Shown here: positions 25,740 to 35,558 of the stretch, in pieces | How positions within the stretch are numbered: the first letter of the stretch is position 1 | How the letters are laid out: every line of letters starts with the position of its first letter | DNA from: Alphaproteobacteria bacterium | Lineage (GTDB): Bacteria; Pseudomonadota; Alphaproteobacteria; Micavibrionales; UBA2020 | Assembly: GCA_025934695.1 (NCBI GenBank) | Contig: JAICWS010000004.1 | Span: 193,496-257,495 of the forward strand | DNA: 64,000 nucleotides | Direction: 5' to 3' | Translations under genes and position numbers: made by a program | The notes under the pieces: generated by a model | Databases searched by the model: none | Seen by the model: the letters and a program-made list of their open reading frames with translations, nothing else | What the model was told of the DNA's origin: nothing

Positions 25740-28466
25740 ATGTTCTCCCTCGGCGGCATCACATTCCTGACACCGTGGATACTGGCGGCCGTCGCCGGCG
25801 TACCGGTGCTGTGGTGGATTTTGCGCGTCATGCCGCCGCGGCCGCGGAGCATCAAGTTCCCGGCGCTGTTCCTGCTCAAAGACTTGCAGACCGACATCAA
25901 GACCGCAGCGCATACGCCCTGGTGGCTGCTGCTGCTGCGTTCGCTGATCGTGATCTTCTTCATTCTTGCGCTGGCGGACCCTGTGCTGCGGCTGACCGGC
26001 GGCATGCCGGGCGACGGCGCGGTGCTGATCGCGGTCGACGACGGCTGGAGCGCCGCCGCCCACTGGCAGGAGCGTCTCGACAAGCTCAAAGAATATGTGA
26101 CGGTCCTGCGCCGCACCAACCGTTCCGTCGTTTTCCTCCCCACCGCTCCGGAAGCGCAGGACGGCAAGATCCACGCCTACGGCCCGATGAAGCCGGACGA
26201 GGCGGAAAAATGGCTCGACCACCTGAAGCCTTACCCCTGGCCGCGCGATGCCGCGGAAGCCGCGCATGTCGCCGACGACACGGTCAAGCGTGCAGGCGTG
26301 ACCTATGCCGTTTATTTAAGCGACGGCACGGCTGACGATCCGGCCGATATGTCGGCGCTTTTCAAGTCGCTCGAGGCCGCGGGCGGATTGACGGTCGTAA
26401 ACGATGCGGATGTGAACACGCCCTTTATCCTGCGTAGCGAGCGGACCAAGCCCGGCGACGTCGCTTTCACGCTTGAGCGCCTGGCCCCCGCCGCGACGGA
26501 CCAGTCGATGATCCTCGCTGCCTATACGGCGGAGGGCAATGTGCTGGATACGAACAAGTTCAGCTTCCCGTCGGGCAAGACCACCTTTAGCGTCAAATGG
26601 GATATTTTGAGCGAGATGCGCTCCAAGATCGCGCGCTTCGCGCTGGAACAGCCGCAGATGGCCTCGGCCACTTCGCTCACCGATTCACAGTGGCAGCAGC
26701 ATCCGGTCGGTATCGTGGCCGACCCGTCGCGCAAGGAGAATGCCGGCTTCCTGAATGAAGTCTATTACCTGCGCCGCGCGCTGGAGCTCAACGGTGCCCC
26801 CGAGATCGACCAGCCGGGCGCGCTTTTGGAAAAATCGCTCTCCGCCATCATCTGGCCCGACAGCGCGGCCCTGACCGCGAACGAGCGCAATGACCTGTTC
26901 AATTGGGTGCAGGGCGGCGGCTTCCTGATCCGCTTCGCGGGACCGAACCTGTCGGGCGGCGCTGAGGACGATCCCTTGCTGCCCGTCCACCTGCGCTATG
27001 GCGAGCGGGCGATGGCGGGCGCCATGACCTGGGAAAAACCGGCGAAGCTCGGGCCCATTCTGCAGCAAAGCCCGCTTTATGGTCTCGATGTGCCGAAAGA
27101 CGTGACGGTCACGCGCCAGCTGCTGGCCGATCCCACGCCCGAGGTGTTCGAGAAAACCTGGCTGCAGCTCGAAGACGGCACGCCGCTCATCACCGGCGGC
27201 AACGTGGGCAAGGGCTTCGTCGTCCTCATCCACACGACTGCAGGGCCAGACTGGTCGGATTTCTGCTATTCCGGCCTCTATGTCGAGGCGCTCCAGCGCA
27301 TGATCGCGCTCTCCTCGGGCATCGGCAGCTACAAGCCCGATGCCGTGCTGCCGCCGCTGTTGGTTATGGATGGCTTCGGCCATCTGCAGCCGCCGGACCG
27401 CAAGAGCGTGATCGCCGCGGTCGACCCGCATCATGATTTCACGCCCTCGCCCGCGACGCCGCCTGGCCTCTACGGCGACAGCCGCCAGTTCCATGTCTAT
27501 AACCTCGGCGACGCGCTCCCCGAAATGAAGGCGGTGAACCTGCCTTCGACGGCGACGGTCGAAACCTATAAGCTGTCGGGCGAGAAGAGCCTCAAAAGCG
27601 ACTTCCTGAAATATGCTCTGTGGCTGCTGGCGCTCGACACCATCCTGACGCTGTGGCTGCGCGGGCTGTTCGGCAGCTTCGTCAAAACCGGCGCTACGGC
27701 GGCGCTGGCGCTGATGATCATCCTGCCGCAAATGGCGCAAGCTGCCGATATCCAGCCAGCCGATCTCTCGTCCGGGATTTATCTTGCCTATGTCGAAACC
27801 GGCGACCATGATACCGACCAAGTCAGTTTCAACGGGCTTTACGGGCTGATGAAGGCGATCACCGCGCGCACGACGATCAAGGTCAAGGGCGTGCAGAATG
27901 TGAACCTCGACACCGATCCCTTGCTCTATTATCCGTTTCTCTACTGGCCGATGACCGAAAACCAGCCGGAACTGTCCGAAGCCGCCGCGCGCAACGTGCA
28001 GAATTACTTGGGCCGCGGCGGCATGATCCTGTTCGACACGCGTGACCAGCAGTTCGGCAACCTCAATTCTCCGACGCTCGGCACCAAGAAATTGCGCGAG
28101 CTGACCAGGCACATCCAGATCCCCGAGCTCATGGACGTGCAGCCCGGGCATATCCTGACAAAAAGCTTTTATCTGCTCGATGATTTCCCCGGTCTCTACA
28201 CCGGCGGCAAGATCTGGGTCGAGAAAGAGCCGAGCCCCAGCTATGACTCGGTCACCTCCGTCATCATCGGCGGCAACGACTGGGCGGCGGCCTGGACGCG
28301 CGATCCCAACGACCGCGCGCGCTTTCTCGTCACCCCGGGCGGCGAGCAGCAGCGCGAAATGGCCTATCGCTTCGGCGTCAATGTGATCATGGCGGCGCTG
28401 GCAGGGAATTATAAATCCGACCAAGTGCATGTGCCCTATATCCTCGAAAGGATGCACCGGCAATGA
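25740..28466 (+). CDS. BatA-N (N-terminal double-TM) / DUF4159 large membrane protein
   Basis: 908 aa. 'FLTPWILAAVAGVPVLWWILRVMPPRPRSIKFPALFLL' matches the aerotolerance BatA N-terminal domain. C-terminal region is DUF4159-like. Confidence 0.75.
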   Translation: MFSLGGITFLTPWILAAVAGVPVLWWILRVMPPRPRSIKFPALFLLKDLQTDIKTAAHTPWWLLLLRSLIVIFFILALADPVLRLTGGMPGDGAVLIAVDDGWSAAAHWQERLDKLKEYVTVLRRTNRSVVFLPTAPEAQDGKIHAYGPMKPDEAEKWLDHLKPYPWPRDAAEAAHVADDTVKRAGVTYAVYLSDGTADDPADMSALFKSLEAAGGLTVVNDADVNTPFILRSERTKPGDVAFTLERLAPAATDQSMILAAYTAEGNVLDTNKFSFPSGKTTFSVKWDILSEMRSKIARFALEQPQMASATSLTDSQWQQHPVGIVADPSRKENAGFLNEVYYLRRALELNGAPEIDQPGALLEKSLSAIIWPDSAALTANERNDLFNWVQGGGFLIRFAGPNLSGGAEDDPLLPVHLRYGERAMAGAMTWEKPAKLGPILQQSPLYGLDVPKDVTVTRQLLADPTPEVFEKTWLQLEDGTPLITGGNVGKGFVVLIHTTAGPDWSDFCYSGLYVEALQRMIALSSGIGSYKPDAVLPPLLVMDGFGHLQPPDRKSVIAAVDPHHDFTPSPATPPGLYGDSRQFHVYNLGDALPEMKAVNLPSTATVETYKLSGEKSLKSDFLKYALWLLALDTILTLWLRGLFGSFVKTGATAALALMIILPQMAQAADIQPADLSSGIYLAYVETGDHDTDQVSFNGLYGLMKAITARTTIKVKGVQNVNLDTDPLLYYPFLYWPMTENQPELSEAAARNVQNYLGRGGMILFDTRDQQFGNLNSPTLGTKKLRELTRHIQIPELMDVQPGHILTKSFYLLDDFPGLYTGGKIWVEKEPSPSYDSVTSVIIGGNDWAAAWTRDPNDRARFLVTPGGEQQREMAYRFGVNVIMAALAGNYKSDQVHVPYILERMHRQ

Positions 28467-30568
28467 GTGCATCCTTCGAATGGTCGCCGTACCTGCCTTA
28501 TATCTATTACGCCGCGCTGGGCGCGGCGGCGCTGGCCGCGATTATCTTCGTCGTCGTCCGCCGCATGTGGGATTTCGCCTGGCGCGCGCTGTTCTTCGGC
28601 GCGCTGATCTTCCTCTTGCTGAACCCGATCATCCTCAATGAAATCCGCTCCGGTTTGCCCGACAAATTCGTCATCGTCGTCGATGATTCCGCCAGCCAGC
28701 GCATCGGCGGCCGCGACAAGGTGACGGAACAGGCGCTCGACAATCTGCTGGGCAAGCTGAAAAATTTCAAGAACCTCGACCCGGTCGTGATCCATTCCGG
28801 CTCGGACATCATGGCCAGCCGCGGCGAGAGCACGAACCTGTTCACGACGCTGCGCAACAGCATGATGAGCATTCCGCAGGCGCAGGTGGCCGGCACCGTT
28901 TTCATCACCGACGGTCAGGTGCATGATGTGCCCAAGCCCGAAGACCTGGGCGCGCTCGAGCGTTTCGGGCCGTTCCATGCCATATTGACAGGCCGCAAGG
29001 ACGAGTTCGACCGGAAGGTCACCGTCGTCTCCGCGCCCAAATACGGCGTGCTGAACGAGAATATCTCGGTCACCGTGAAGGTCGAGGAGATCGGGCACAA
29101 CACCGGTCCCATGACCATGGAAGTCTACCAGGACGGCCAGAAGATCGACGATGTCACAATTTCGGCGGACGAATCGCGCGACTTTTCCTTCAAGGTCAAT
29201 CACCCTGGCCAGAACGTCTATGAATTCGCGGTGCCGGTGGCGGAGGGCGAGCTGACGCCGTCGAACAACCGCGCGCCCGTCATCGTCAACGGCATCCGCG
29301 ATCGTCTTCGCGTGCTGCTCGTTTCGGGCTCGCCCCATATGGGCGAGCGATCATGGCGCAACCTGCTCAAATCCGACCCGTCGGTCGACCTGATCCATTT
29401 CACCATCCTGCGCTCGCCCGATACGCTCGACAGCACGCCGACCTCGCAGCTGTCGCTGATCGTGTTCCCGGTGGACGAGCTGTTCCAGCAGAAGATCAAC
29501 GACTTCGACCTCATCATCTTCGACCGCTTCGACCACTATCAGAATTTCGGCATGCTGATGCTGCCGATGTACTTCCGCAACATCGAGAACTACGTCAAGC
29601 GCGGGGGGGCCTTCCTGATGGCGCTCGGCACCGGCGAGCCGGAGCAGGGCGGCCAGTCCAGCGCGCTCGACGAGATCATGCCGCTCGATATCAGCGGCGC
29701 CATGTCGGGCGGGCAGACGCCGATCATCAAGCTGCCCTATGTGCCGGAGCTGACCGACCTCGGCAAGCGCCACCCGGTCACTGCCGATCTCGAAAAACAG
29801 TATGAGAAGAAGAAATGGGGCTCCTGGTTCACGCAGGTCGACGCGCCGAAAGTGCGTGGCGATACGCTCATGAACGGCGTCTACGGCAAGCCGCTGCTCG
29901 TCCTTGACAAGGTGGGCGAGGGGCGCGTGGCGATGCTGGCGAGCGATAACGTCTGGCTCTGGTCCAAGGGGCTCGATCAGGCGGGGCCCTATACCGACCT
30001 GTTGCGCAACGTGGCACACTGGCTGATGAAAGAGCCCGAGCTGGAAGATGATTTTATCAAGGCCGAGGCCAAGGGCACCGATGTCACGGTCTCCGAGCGC
30101 GACCTGACGCCCGAGACCAAGACCGTCCTGATGACCACGCCCTCGGGTGAAACGCAGAACGTCACGCTGACCAACCGCGTGCCCGGATGGGTGACCGCCG
30201 ACGTCGTCGCCAATGCCAGCGGCATCTACAGCTTCGACAATGGCAAGAAAAAGGCCTTCGCGGTCGTGGGCTCCGCCTCGAGCGAGGAATTTTCAGATGT
30301 CCGGACCACGCCGGACAAGCTCAAGCCCGTCGTCGACCGCACCAAGGGCGGAATCATCTGGTTCCAGGAGAATCAGGGCTTTTCCCTTAAAGAAGTGAGC
30401 GATTCCGCGAGCGTGATGGGCTCCGACAGTTGGCTCGGGATCAAGCGCAACAAGGCCTATACGGTCGACAATGTGGAGACCTTGTCTCTAGTGCCTAACT
30501 GGCTGACGTTGTTTATTATTTTGTCGCTGTGCGTCTGGGCCTGGTGGAAGGAAAGCGGCACCCGCTGA
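28463..30568 (+). CDS. Membrane protein with VWA-like/GATase-like domains (Bat-operon partner)
   Basis: 701 aa. Two N-terminal TM segments and one C-terminal. 'VIVVDDSASQRIGG' is MIDAS-like. ATGA overlap with the upstream gene. Confidence 0.65.
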   Translation: MSASFEWSPYLPYIYYAALGAAALAAIIFVVVRRMWDFAWRALFFGALIFLLLNPIILNEIRSGLPDKFVIVVDDSASQRIGGRDKVTEQALDNLLGKLKNFKNLDPVVIHSGSDIMASRGESTNLFTTLRNSMMSIPQAQVAGTVFITDGQVHDVPKPEDLGALERFGPFHAILTGRKDEFDRKVTVVSAPKYGVLNENISVTVKVEEIGHNTGPMTMEVYQDGQKIDDVTISADESRDFSFKVNHPGQNVYEFAVPVAEGELTPSNNRAPVIVNGIRDRLRVLLVSGSPHMGERSWRNLLKSDPSVDLIHFTILRSPDTLDSTPTSQLSLIVFPVDELFQQKINDFDLIIFDRFDHYQNFGMLMLPMYFRNIENYVKRGGAFLMALGTGEPEQGGQSSALDEIMPLDISGAMSGGQTPIIKLPYVPELTDLGKRHPVTADLEKQYEKKKWGSWFTQVDAPKVRGDTLMNGVYGKPLLVLDKVGEGRVAMLASDNVWLWSKGLDQAGPYTDLLRNVAHWLMKEPELEDDFIKAEAKGTDVTVSERDLTPETKTVLMTTPSGETQNVTLTNRVPGWVTADVVANASGIYSFDNGKKKAFAVVGSASSEEFSDVRTTPDKLKPVVDRTKGGIIWFQENQGFSLKEVSDSASVMGSDSWLGIKRNKAYTVDNVETLSLVPNWLTLFIILSLCVWAWWKESGTR

Positions 30569-30677
30569 CCCCTACCACTTGCGAATGATTCCCAAAAATC
30601 CTTTGACAAGAATTTTTTGACCCGTAGAATGAACCATACGACCTCAGAAGTGTTGTTCCATTGAAGGAAAGCAGACA

Positions 30678-30797
30678 ATGAGCATGAAGGCGAAATTAGG
30701 TCAGCCCCCCTCCCAGAACAAAACCTTTGTTCCGGCAGCGCCTGCCAAAGCCCCCTCGGCTCCCGCCAACCAGGCGCCCACTGCGCCGACCAAGTAA
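30678..30797 (+). CDS. Possible Pro/Ala-rich microprotein (39 aa)
   Basis: AAGGAAAG SD and ATG 30678. MSMKAKLGQPPSQNKTFVPAAPAKAPSAPANQAPTAPTK. Followed by a strong terminator. Confidence 0.3.
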   Translation: MSMKAKLGQPPSQNKTFVPAAPAKAPSAPANQAPTAPTK

Positions 30798-30822
30798 GGT
30801 GGTTTCTTAGGTCCTTAAACCC

Positions 30823-30853
30823 AAAGCGCCCGCAAGTCGGGCGCTTTTGTTTT
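30823..30853 (+). terminator. Rho-independent terminator
   Basis: GCGCCCG-CAAGT-CGGGCGC stem followed by TTTTGTTTT. Confidence 0.8.
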
Positions 30854-30861
30854 GGCCCACT

Positions 30862-30980
30862 GCAACCCCGGCGAAAGCCGGGGTCTAAAATGCCTCAGTC
30901 AGCATGGCGGCTCCGTCATGCGAACCGATTTCCGCCTTACACGCGGATGGATGCGAGACCCCGGCTTTCGCCGGGGTTGC
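30862..30980. repeat. MITE/REP element family C with perfect 24-bp terminal inverted repeats (GCAACCCCGGCGAAAGCCGGGGTC)
   Basis: Arms at 30862-30885 and 30957-30980 are exact reverse complements. A related copy is at 34060-34176. Confidence 0.8.
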
Positions 30981-30993
30981 GGAGAGGGCAGGG

Positions 30994-33003
30994 TTAATGC
31001 TTCTCAAAATCCAGCACCGTCTTCGGCTCTTCGCCGAAGCGGAGGCGGTAGATGTAATAGGATTCCATCACGCGCTGGATGTAGTTGCGGGTTTCATAGA
31101 TCGGAATGTCCTCGATCCAGTCGATGAGGTCGAGGTTCTGCTTGCGCGGGTCACCGAATTCGGCGATCCAGTCTTCGACGTTGGCGGGGCCGGCGTTATA
31201 GGCGCCGACCGCCATGGGATAGAAGCCGTCGAAACTGTCGACGAGGCGGCGCAGGTAGGCCGAGCCGAGTTCCACGTTATAGCGCGGGTCGGCGGTCAGG
31301 CGCTTCACGTTATAGGTCTCGCGCTCGCGCTTGGCGATGATCTTGGCCGTCGTCGGCATCAGCTGCATAAGGCCGCGCGCGCCCACCGGGCTCATGGCCA
31401 GCGGATTGAACATGCTCTCGCGGTGGACGATCGCGTGGACGAGCGCCTTCTCGGGCGTCTGCGCGGGCAGGGTAGGCAGCGTGGGATAGCCTTCCTCGAA
31501 CAGGAAGCTGCCGAGTTTTTGCTGCAGTTCCTTGTTCGCCTCGACCGTGTAGTAATAGCGCCCGGTCTCGATGGCAAGCTGCGCGTCAAGCCTGAACTCG
31601 GTCTTGGTTTTCGCGGTCGCATTCAGCTTGGCCAGGAAAGGATCGATCAGCGTATCCAGCTTCACGCCGTGCAGCAGGCGCACCGCGCGCACCAGGTCCT
31701 GCTGGTTGAAGGCGTCGACATCGGCCTGCGCGACCGGCGGATCGACGAAGGTGTCGGGCTTAGGCTTGCCGTAGACCTTGTCATAGGCGAGCTGCCCGTA
31801 AAAGGTCGATGGATACTGCGCCGCGACCTTCGACCATTCTTCCGAGGCGGAGGCGTCGCCCACGGCATCCGCCGCGCGCCCGGCCCAATAGGCTGCGCGC
31901 GAGCGGCTGATGGCGGTGCCGACGTGCTTGTAGAGCGCATCGAAGCGGGCAAGGGCAGTCGCCGGCTGGTTGAGGCGCCGCAGCTCCAGCCAGCCCAGCA
32001 GCCATTCGGCCTGGCTATACTGGATGCCGTTGGTCAGCGTGTGCTTCTTCGCGATTTCATAGGCCTGCGCATAATTGCGCTTTTCCAGGGCGCGGCGCGA
32101 CATGACGTTGAGCTCGCCCCACCACAATTCAGGCTGCGTCACCTGTGTCGGCATCTGGCGGATGATGTCGAGGGCCCCATCGTTCATGTCGTGGCGGCGG
32201 CGCCAGCGCAGGCGCTCGAACATCAGGCCTTCGCTGTTTTGCAGTTTCGCGGGCACGGCATCGGCCAGCGTGGGGCCGGTCCGCGACATTTTGCCGAGCG
32301 CAATGCGCGCCTGGCCCAGCGCCCGCGTATCGGGATCGACGAAGGCCAGCATCACCTGCGCTTCGTCATAGCGGTTCTGCCAGATGAGATTATCGAGACG
32401 CGCCGCATGGTCGCCGGGCGCGAAGTAATTCTTGTACACGCCGGCCAGCGTCGCGGTTTCGTTGCGGTTCAGCTCCGCTTCCTTCCAGTAGGCGGAGAGG
32501 GCGGCGCGCGCGAGCTCCGGGTGGTTCAGCTTGATCAGCGCGTTCAGGTCGGCCTTGATGCCGTCAAAAGTGTCCGGCGGGTTCTGCTGAAACCAGGCGG
32601 CGGTGTCGGCGGGGTTGAGCGAGGTTGCGATGTTCTGCTCGATCTTCTCGTGGAATTCGCGCATCTTCGGCCAGCCGGGGTTGGCGGTCTCGAAGGCGAT
32701 GAGCTGTTTTGCGTCGATGGGCAGCTTCGTGCCGGTCACGTAGATCCAGGTCAGAAGCTTGCGCGCGACCGGGTCTTTCTGGTTCTGGACGAGGGCGACG
32801 GTCTTCTGCCAGTCCTGCTCCAGCTCTTCTTTTTGCGCGGCGGCGGCGCGGCGCTGGGCGGCGGTTTGCCGGTGCGCATGGCGCGCAGCCGCCTTGTGAA
32901 GCTGCTTTTTGGCGCCCACGGCCCCGTTCGGGGGAGACAGCACGATCGCCGCGGCCACGGCCAAACCCGCCAAAATCCTTGAAAATCGGCGTGATAACGG
33001 CAT
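30994..33003 (-). CDS. slt: Soluble lytic murein transglycosylase (Slt70-like)
   Basis: C-terminal SLT domain 'AIVHRESMFNPLAMSPVGARGLMQLMP'. ATG 33003 gives signal peptide MPLSRRFSRILAGLAVAAAIV. The ORF track extends to 33231. Confidence 0.85.
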   Translation of the reverse strand: MPLSRRFSRILAGLAVAAAIVLSPPNGAVGAKKQLHKAAARHAHRQTAAQRRAAAAQKEELEQDWQKTVALVQNQKDPVARKLLTWIYVTGTKLPIDAKQLIAFETANPGWPKMREFHEKIEQNIATSLNPADTAAWFQQNPPDTFDGIKADLNALIKLNHPELARAALSAYWKEAELNRNETATLAGVYKNYFAPGDHAARLDNLIWQNRYDEAQVMLAFVDPDTRALGQARIALGKMSRTGPTLADAVPAKLQNSEGLMFERLRWRRRHDMNDGALDIIRQMPTQVTQPELWWGELNVMSRRALEKRNYAQAYEIAKKHTLTNGIQYSQAEWLLGWLELRRLNQPATALARFDALYKHVGTAISRSRAAYWAGRAADAVGDASASEEWSKVAAQYPSTFYGQLAYDKVYGKPKPDTFVDPPVAQADVDAFNQQDLVRAVRLLHGVKLDTLIDPFLAKLNATAKTKTEFRLDAQLAIETGRYYYTVEANKELQQKLGSFLFEEGYPTLPTLPAQTPEKALVHAIVHRESMFNPLAMSPVGARGLMQLMPTTAKIIAKRERETYNVKRLTADPRYNVELGSAYLRRLVDSFDGFYPMAVGAYNAGPANVEDWIAEFGDPRKQNLDLIDWIEDIPIYETRNYIQRVMESYYIYRLRFGEEPKTVLDFEKH

Positions 33004-33063
33004 ATTGTTGCGCCAGCGGGCGTTGGCGGCTATTGTGGTCACGTCCTGCATAGGAGAAGAATT

Positions 33064-33981
33064 ATGGCTTTTAAAGGTTCCATCGTCGCGCTCGTTACCC
33101 CTTTTAAAAAGGGTAAGGTGGATTTTGATGTTTTCCAGCAGCTTGTCGAATGGCATGTCGCCAGCGGGACTCATGGACTTGTTCCTTGCGGGACCACGGG
33201 TGAAACGCCCACCCTTTCGACGGAAGAACATAAATCCCTCATCAAAGCCTGCCTGGAAGCCGCGGACGGCAGAGTACCGGTGATCGCGGGAGCGGGTTCG
33301 AATTCGACCGAGAAGGCCGTGGACCTGGCGCGCTTTGCCGACAAAAGCGGCGCTGATGGTATTTTAGTCGTAACGCCGTATTATAACAAGCCTACGCAGG
33401 AAGGAATGTATCAACATTTCAAGGCGGTAAACGACGCAGTCGGCATTCCCATCATTCTGTATAACGTTCCGGGCCGCACCGGCGTCGAAATCTCGGTGGA
33501 AACGGTCGTGCGTTGCGCCGGCCTGAAAAACATCAAAGGCATTAAGGACGCATCGGTCGACCTCGGCCGCCCCTTGCAGATACGCGTCGCGCTGGGCGAT
33601 GCCTTCTGCCAGCTCTCGGGCGAGGACGCGACGGTTGCCGCTTACCTTGCGCAGGGTGGCCAAGGCTGCATCTCGGTGAGCGCCAACGTCGCGCCGCGCC
33701 TCTGCGCCGACCTCCACAACGCCTGGGCGAAAAAAGACTGGAAGAATTTCGAGCGCGCGCGCGACGCGCTGCTGCCGCTGCATAAGGCTTTGTTCATTGA
33801 AACCAGCCCGTCGCCCGCGAAATACTGCCTCGCGCGCCTCGGCAAAATCCCCTCCGACGAGCTGCGCCTGCCGCTCGTCCCCGTCACGGCGTCCGCGCGC
33901 CAGAAGCTGGACGAGGCGATGGAATTCGCCGGCATCTTCAAGGCTGGCCGCAAGACGCTGAAAAAAGCGGGCAAACGGTAG
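33064..33981 (+). CDS. dapA: 4-hydroxy-tetrahydrodipicolinate synthase
   Basis: 305 aa. 'GTTGE..TLS..EH', 'YNKP', 'YNVPGRTG', 'GIKDAS'. Confidence 0.95.
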   Translation: MAFKGSIVALVTPFKKGKVDFDVFQQLVEWHVASGTHGLVPCGTTGETPTLSTEEHKSLIKACLEAADGRVPVIAGAGSNSTEKAVDLARFADKSGADGILVVTPYYNKPTQEGMYQHFKAVNDAVGIPIILYNVPGRTGVEISVETVVRCAGLKNIKGIKDASVDLGRPLQIRVALGDAFCQLSGEDATVAAYLAQGGQGCISVSANVAPRLCADLHNAWAKKDWKNFERARDALLPLHKALFIETSPSPAKYCLARLGKIPSDELRLPLVPVTASARQKLDEAMEFAGIFKAGRKTLKKAGKR

Positions 33982-34022
33982 ATGTCATGCTCTCGCGTCT
34001 GCCCAGCTCTGCAAGCTCGTTC

Positions 34023-34216
34023 GCGCGAAGTTACGAAGTAACGAAGGCATATATTTGCGCCACCCCGACGAAAGTCGGGATCCAGTTCATTGACTTCTAT
34101 CTCATGAATGCGCGCGAAGCGCGCCATGGAAGAGGTAGAAAGTTTATAAACTGGACCCCGGCTTTCGCCGGGGTGGGGCGATTGGAAAAAATCCTTCGTA
34201 ACTTCGTAACTTCGCG
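34023..34216. repeat. Composite repeat: family C element (34060-34176) nested between family B arms (34023-34046, 34193-34216)
   Basis: The outer arms match the 11344-11410 palindrome. The inner arms match the 30862-30980 element. Confidence 0.75.
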
Positions 34217-34248
34217 CGGTTGTGCTTATGCCGCCTTTGGTGCCCCCT

Positions 34249-34743
34249 ATGGCCGGTAAGAACAAGCAGCAGGGCAAGAAAGACCCAAATAACAAGACCG
34301 TCGCCGAGAACCGCAAGGCGCGATTCAATTATTTCATCGAAGAAGTCATGGAAGCGGGTATCGTGCTGACGGGCACGGAAGTGAAGTCGCTGCGCACGGG
34401 CCAGGCCAGCATCAACGAAAGCTATGCCGACGTGCGCGGCAGCGAGATCTTCCTCGTCAACGCGCATATCCCCGAATACACCAAGTCGAACGCGAAGTGG
34501 CAGCATGAAGTCCTGCGCCCGCGCAAGCTGCTGCTGCACAAGAACCAGATGAACAAGCTCATCGGCGCGGTGCAGCGCAAGGGCACGACGCTGATCCCCT
34601 TGTCCATTTATTTCAACAACCGCGGCATCGCCAAGATCGCCCTCGGCGTCGCGACGGGCAAGAAACAGCACGACAAGCGCGAGACCGAGAAGAAGCGCGA
34701 CTGGCAGCGCGAAAAATCGCGCGTGATGCGGGAGAAGGGATGA
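34249..34743 (+). CDS. smpB: SsrA-binding protein
   Basis: '[28 protein letters not shown]', 'LLLHK.Q'. Start is ATG 34249. Confidence 0.95.
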   Translation: MAGKNKQQGKKDPNNKTVAENRKARFNYFIEEVMEAGIVLTGTEVKSLRTGQASINESYADVRGSEIFLVNAHIPEYTKSNAKWQHEVLRPRKLLLHKNQMNKLIGAVQRKGTTLIPLSIYFNNRGIAKIALGVATGKKQHDKRETEKKRDWQREKSRVMREKG

Positions 34744-35558
34744 GGTATTGCTCCTTTTGCAATTGCGAGAGAAATCTCCTCTCCCCCTGCGGACGAGAAA
34801 GGGGAGACAAAAGGCAGACGCACTCCCCGAGAAATTACATCGTCTGCGATTTCGAGACCGGAAAAATTATCGAGGCGAAGGGCGGGCGCGACGCCAGCTT
34901 CTCGCCCTGTTCCAGCTTCAAGGCCGCGATTGCGCTGATGGGCTATGACAGCGGCGTCCTGATGGACGAAGAGACGCCTGTCTGGGATTACAGCCCTGAA
35001 TACGACCCGCATTGCCTGATGATGCTGGATAACTGGAAGAAGCCCTATAATCCCGCGCTGTGGATGCAGAATTCATGCGTCTGGTATTCTCAATGCGTTA
35101 CCCGTGCGCTGGGCATGGAGCGCTTTCAACATTACGTCGATGCCTTTGGCTACGGCAACCGCGACCTTTCGGGCGGGATTCTGCGCGCCTGGCTGACAAC
35201 GAGTCTTGTCATTTCATTGCGCGAGCAAGTGGAGTTCTTTCGCAAGCTTGCCGCGGGGCAGCTGCCCGTCTCCGCGCATGCGATGGCGATGACCAGGCGG
35301 CTGATCGCGTCGGGTCCGTGCGCCGGCGGCGAGTTGTTCGGCAAGACGGGCTCCGGCTATACCGACATCGCCAAGGGCCTGCAGCGCGGCTGGTACGCCG
35401 GCTGGCTGGAGAAGGACGGGCGGAAGTATTTATTCGCGGCGCTGAACGACCATTTGGGCGCCGGCTATGCGGGATTGCAGACGAAGGAATTCATGAAGGG
35501 CGTGCTGGAGCGCCTGTTCGGCAGCGAGGCGGCACATGCTGATACCGCTGTCGGATGA
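34740..35558 (+). CDS. Class D beta-lactamase-like / penicillin-binding domain protein lacking a signal peptide
   Basis: 'SSFK' (SxxK), 'YGNRDLSGG' (YGN), '[13 protein letters not shown]', 'KTGSG' (KTG). ATGA-coupled to smpB. N-terminus is Cys-rich and not hydrophobic. Confidence 0.7.
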   Translation: MRYCSFCNCERNLLSPCGRERGDKRQTHSPRNYIVCDFETGKIIEAKGGRDASFSPCSSFKAAIALMGYDSGVLMDEETPVWDYSPEYDPHCLMMLDNWKKPYNPALWMQNSCVWYSQCVTRALGMERFQHYVDAFGYGNRDLSGGILRAWLTTSLVISLREQVEFFRKLAAGQLPVSAHAMAMTRRLIASGPCAGGELFGKTGSGYTDIAKGLQRGWYAGWLEKDGRKYLFAALNDHLGAGYAGLQTKEFMKGVLERLFGSEAAHADTAVG

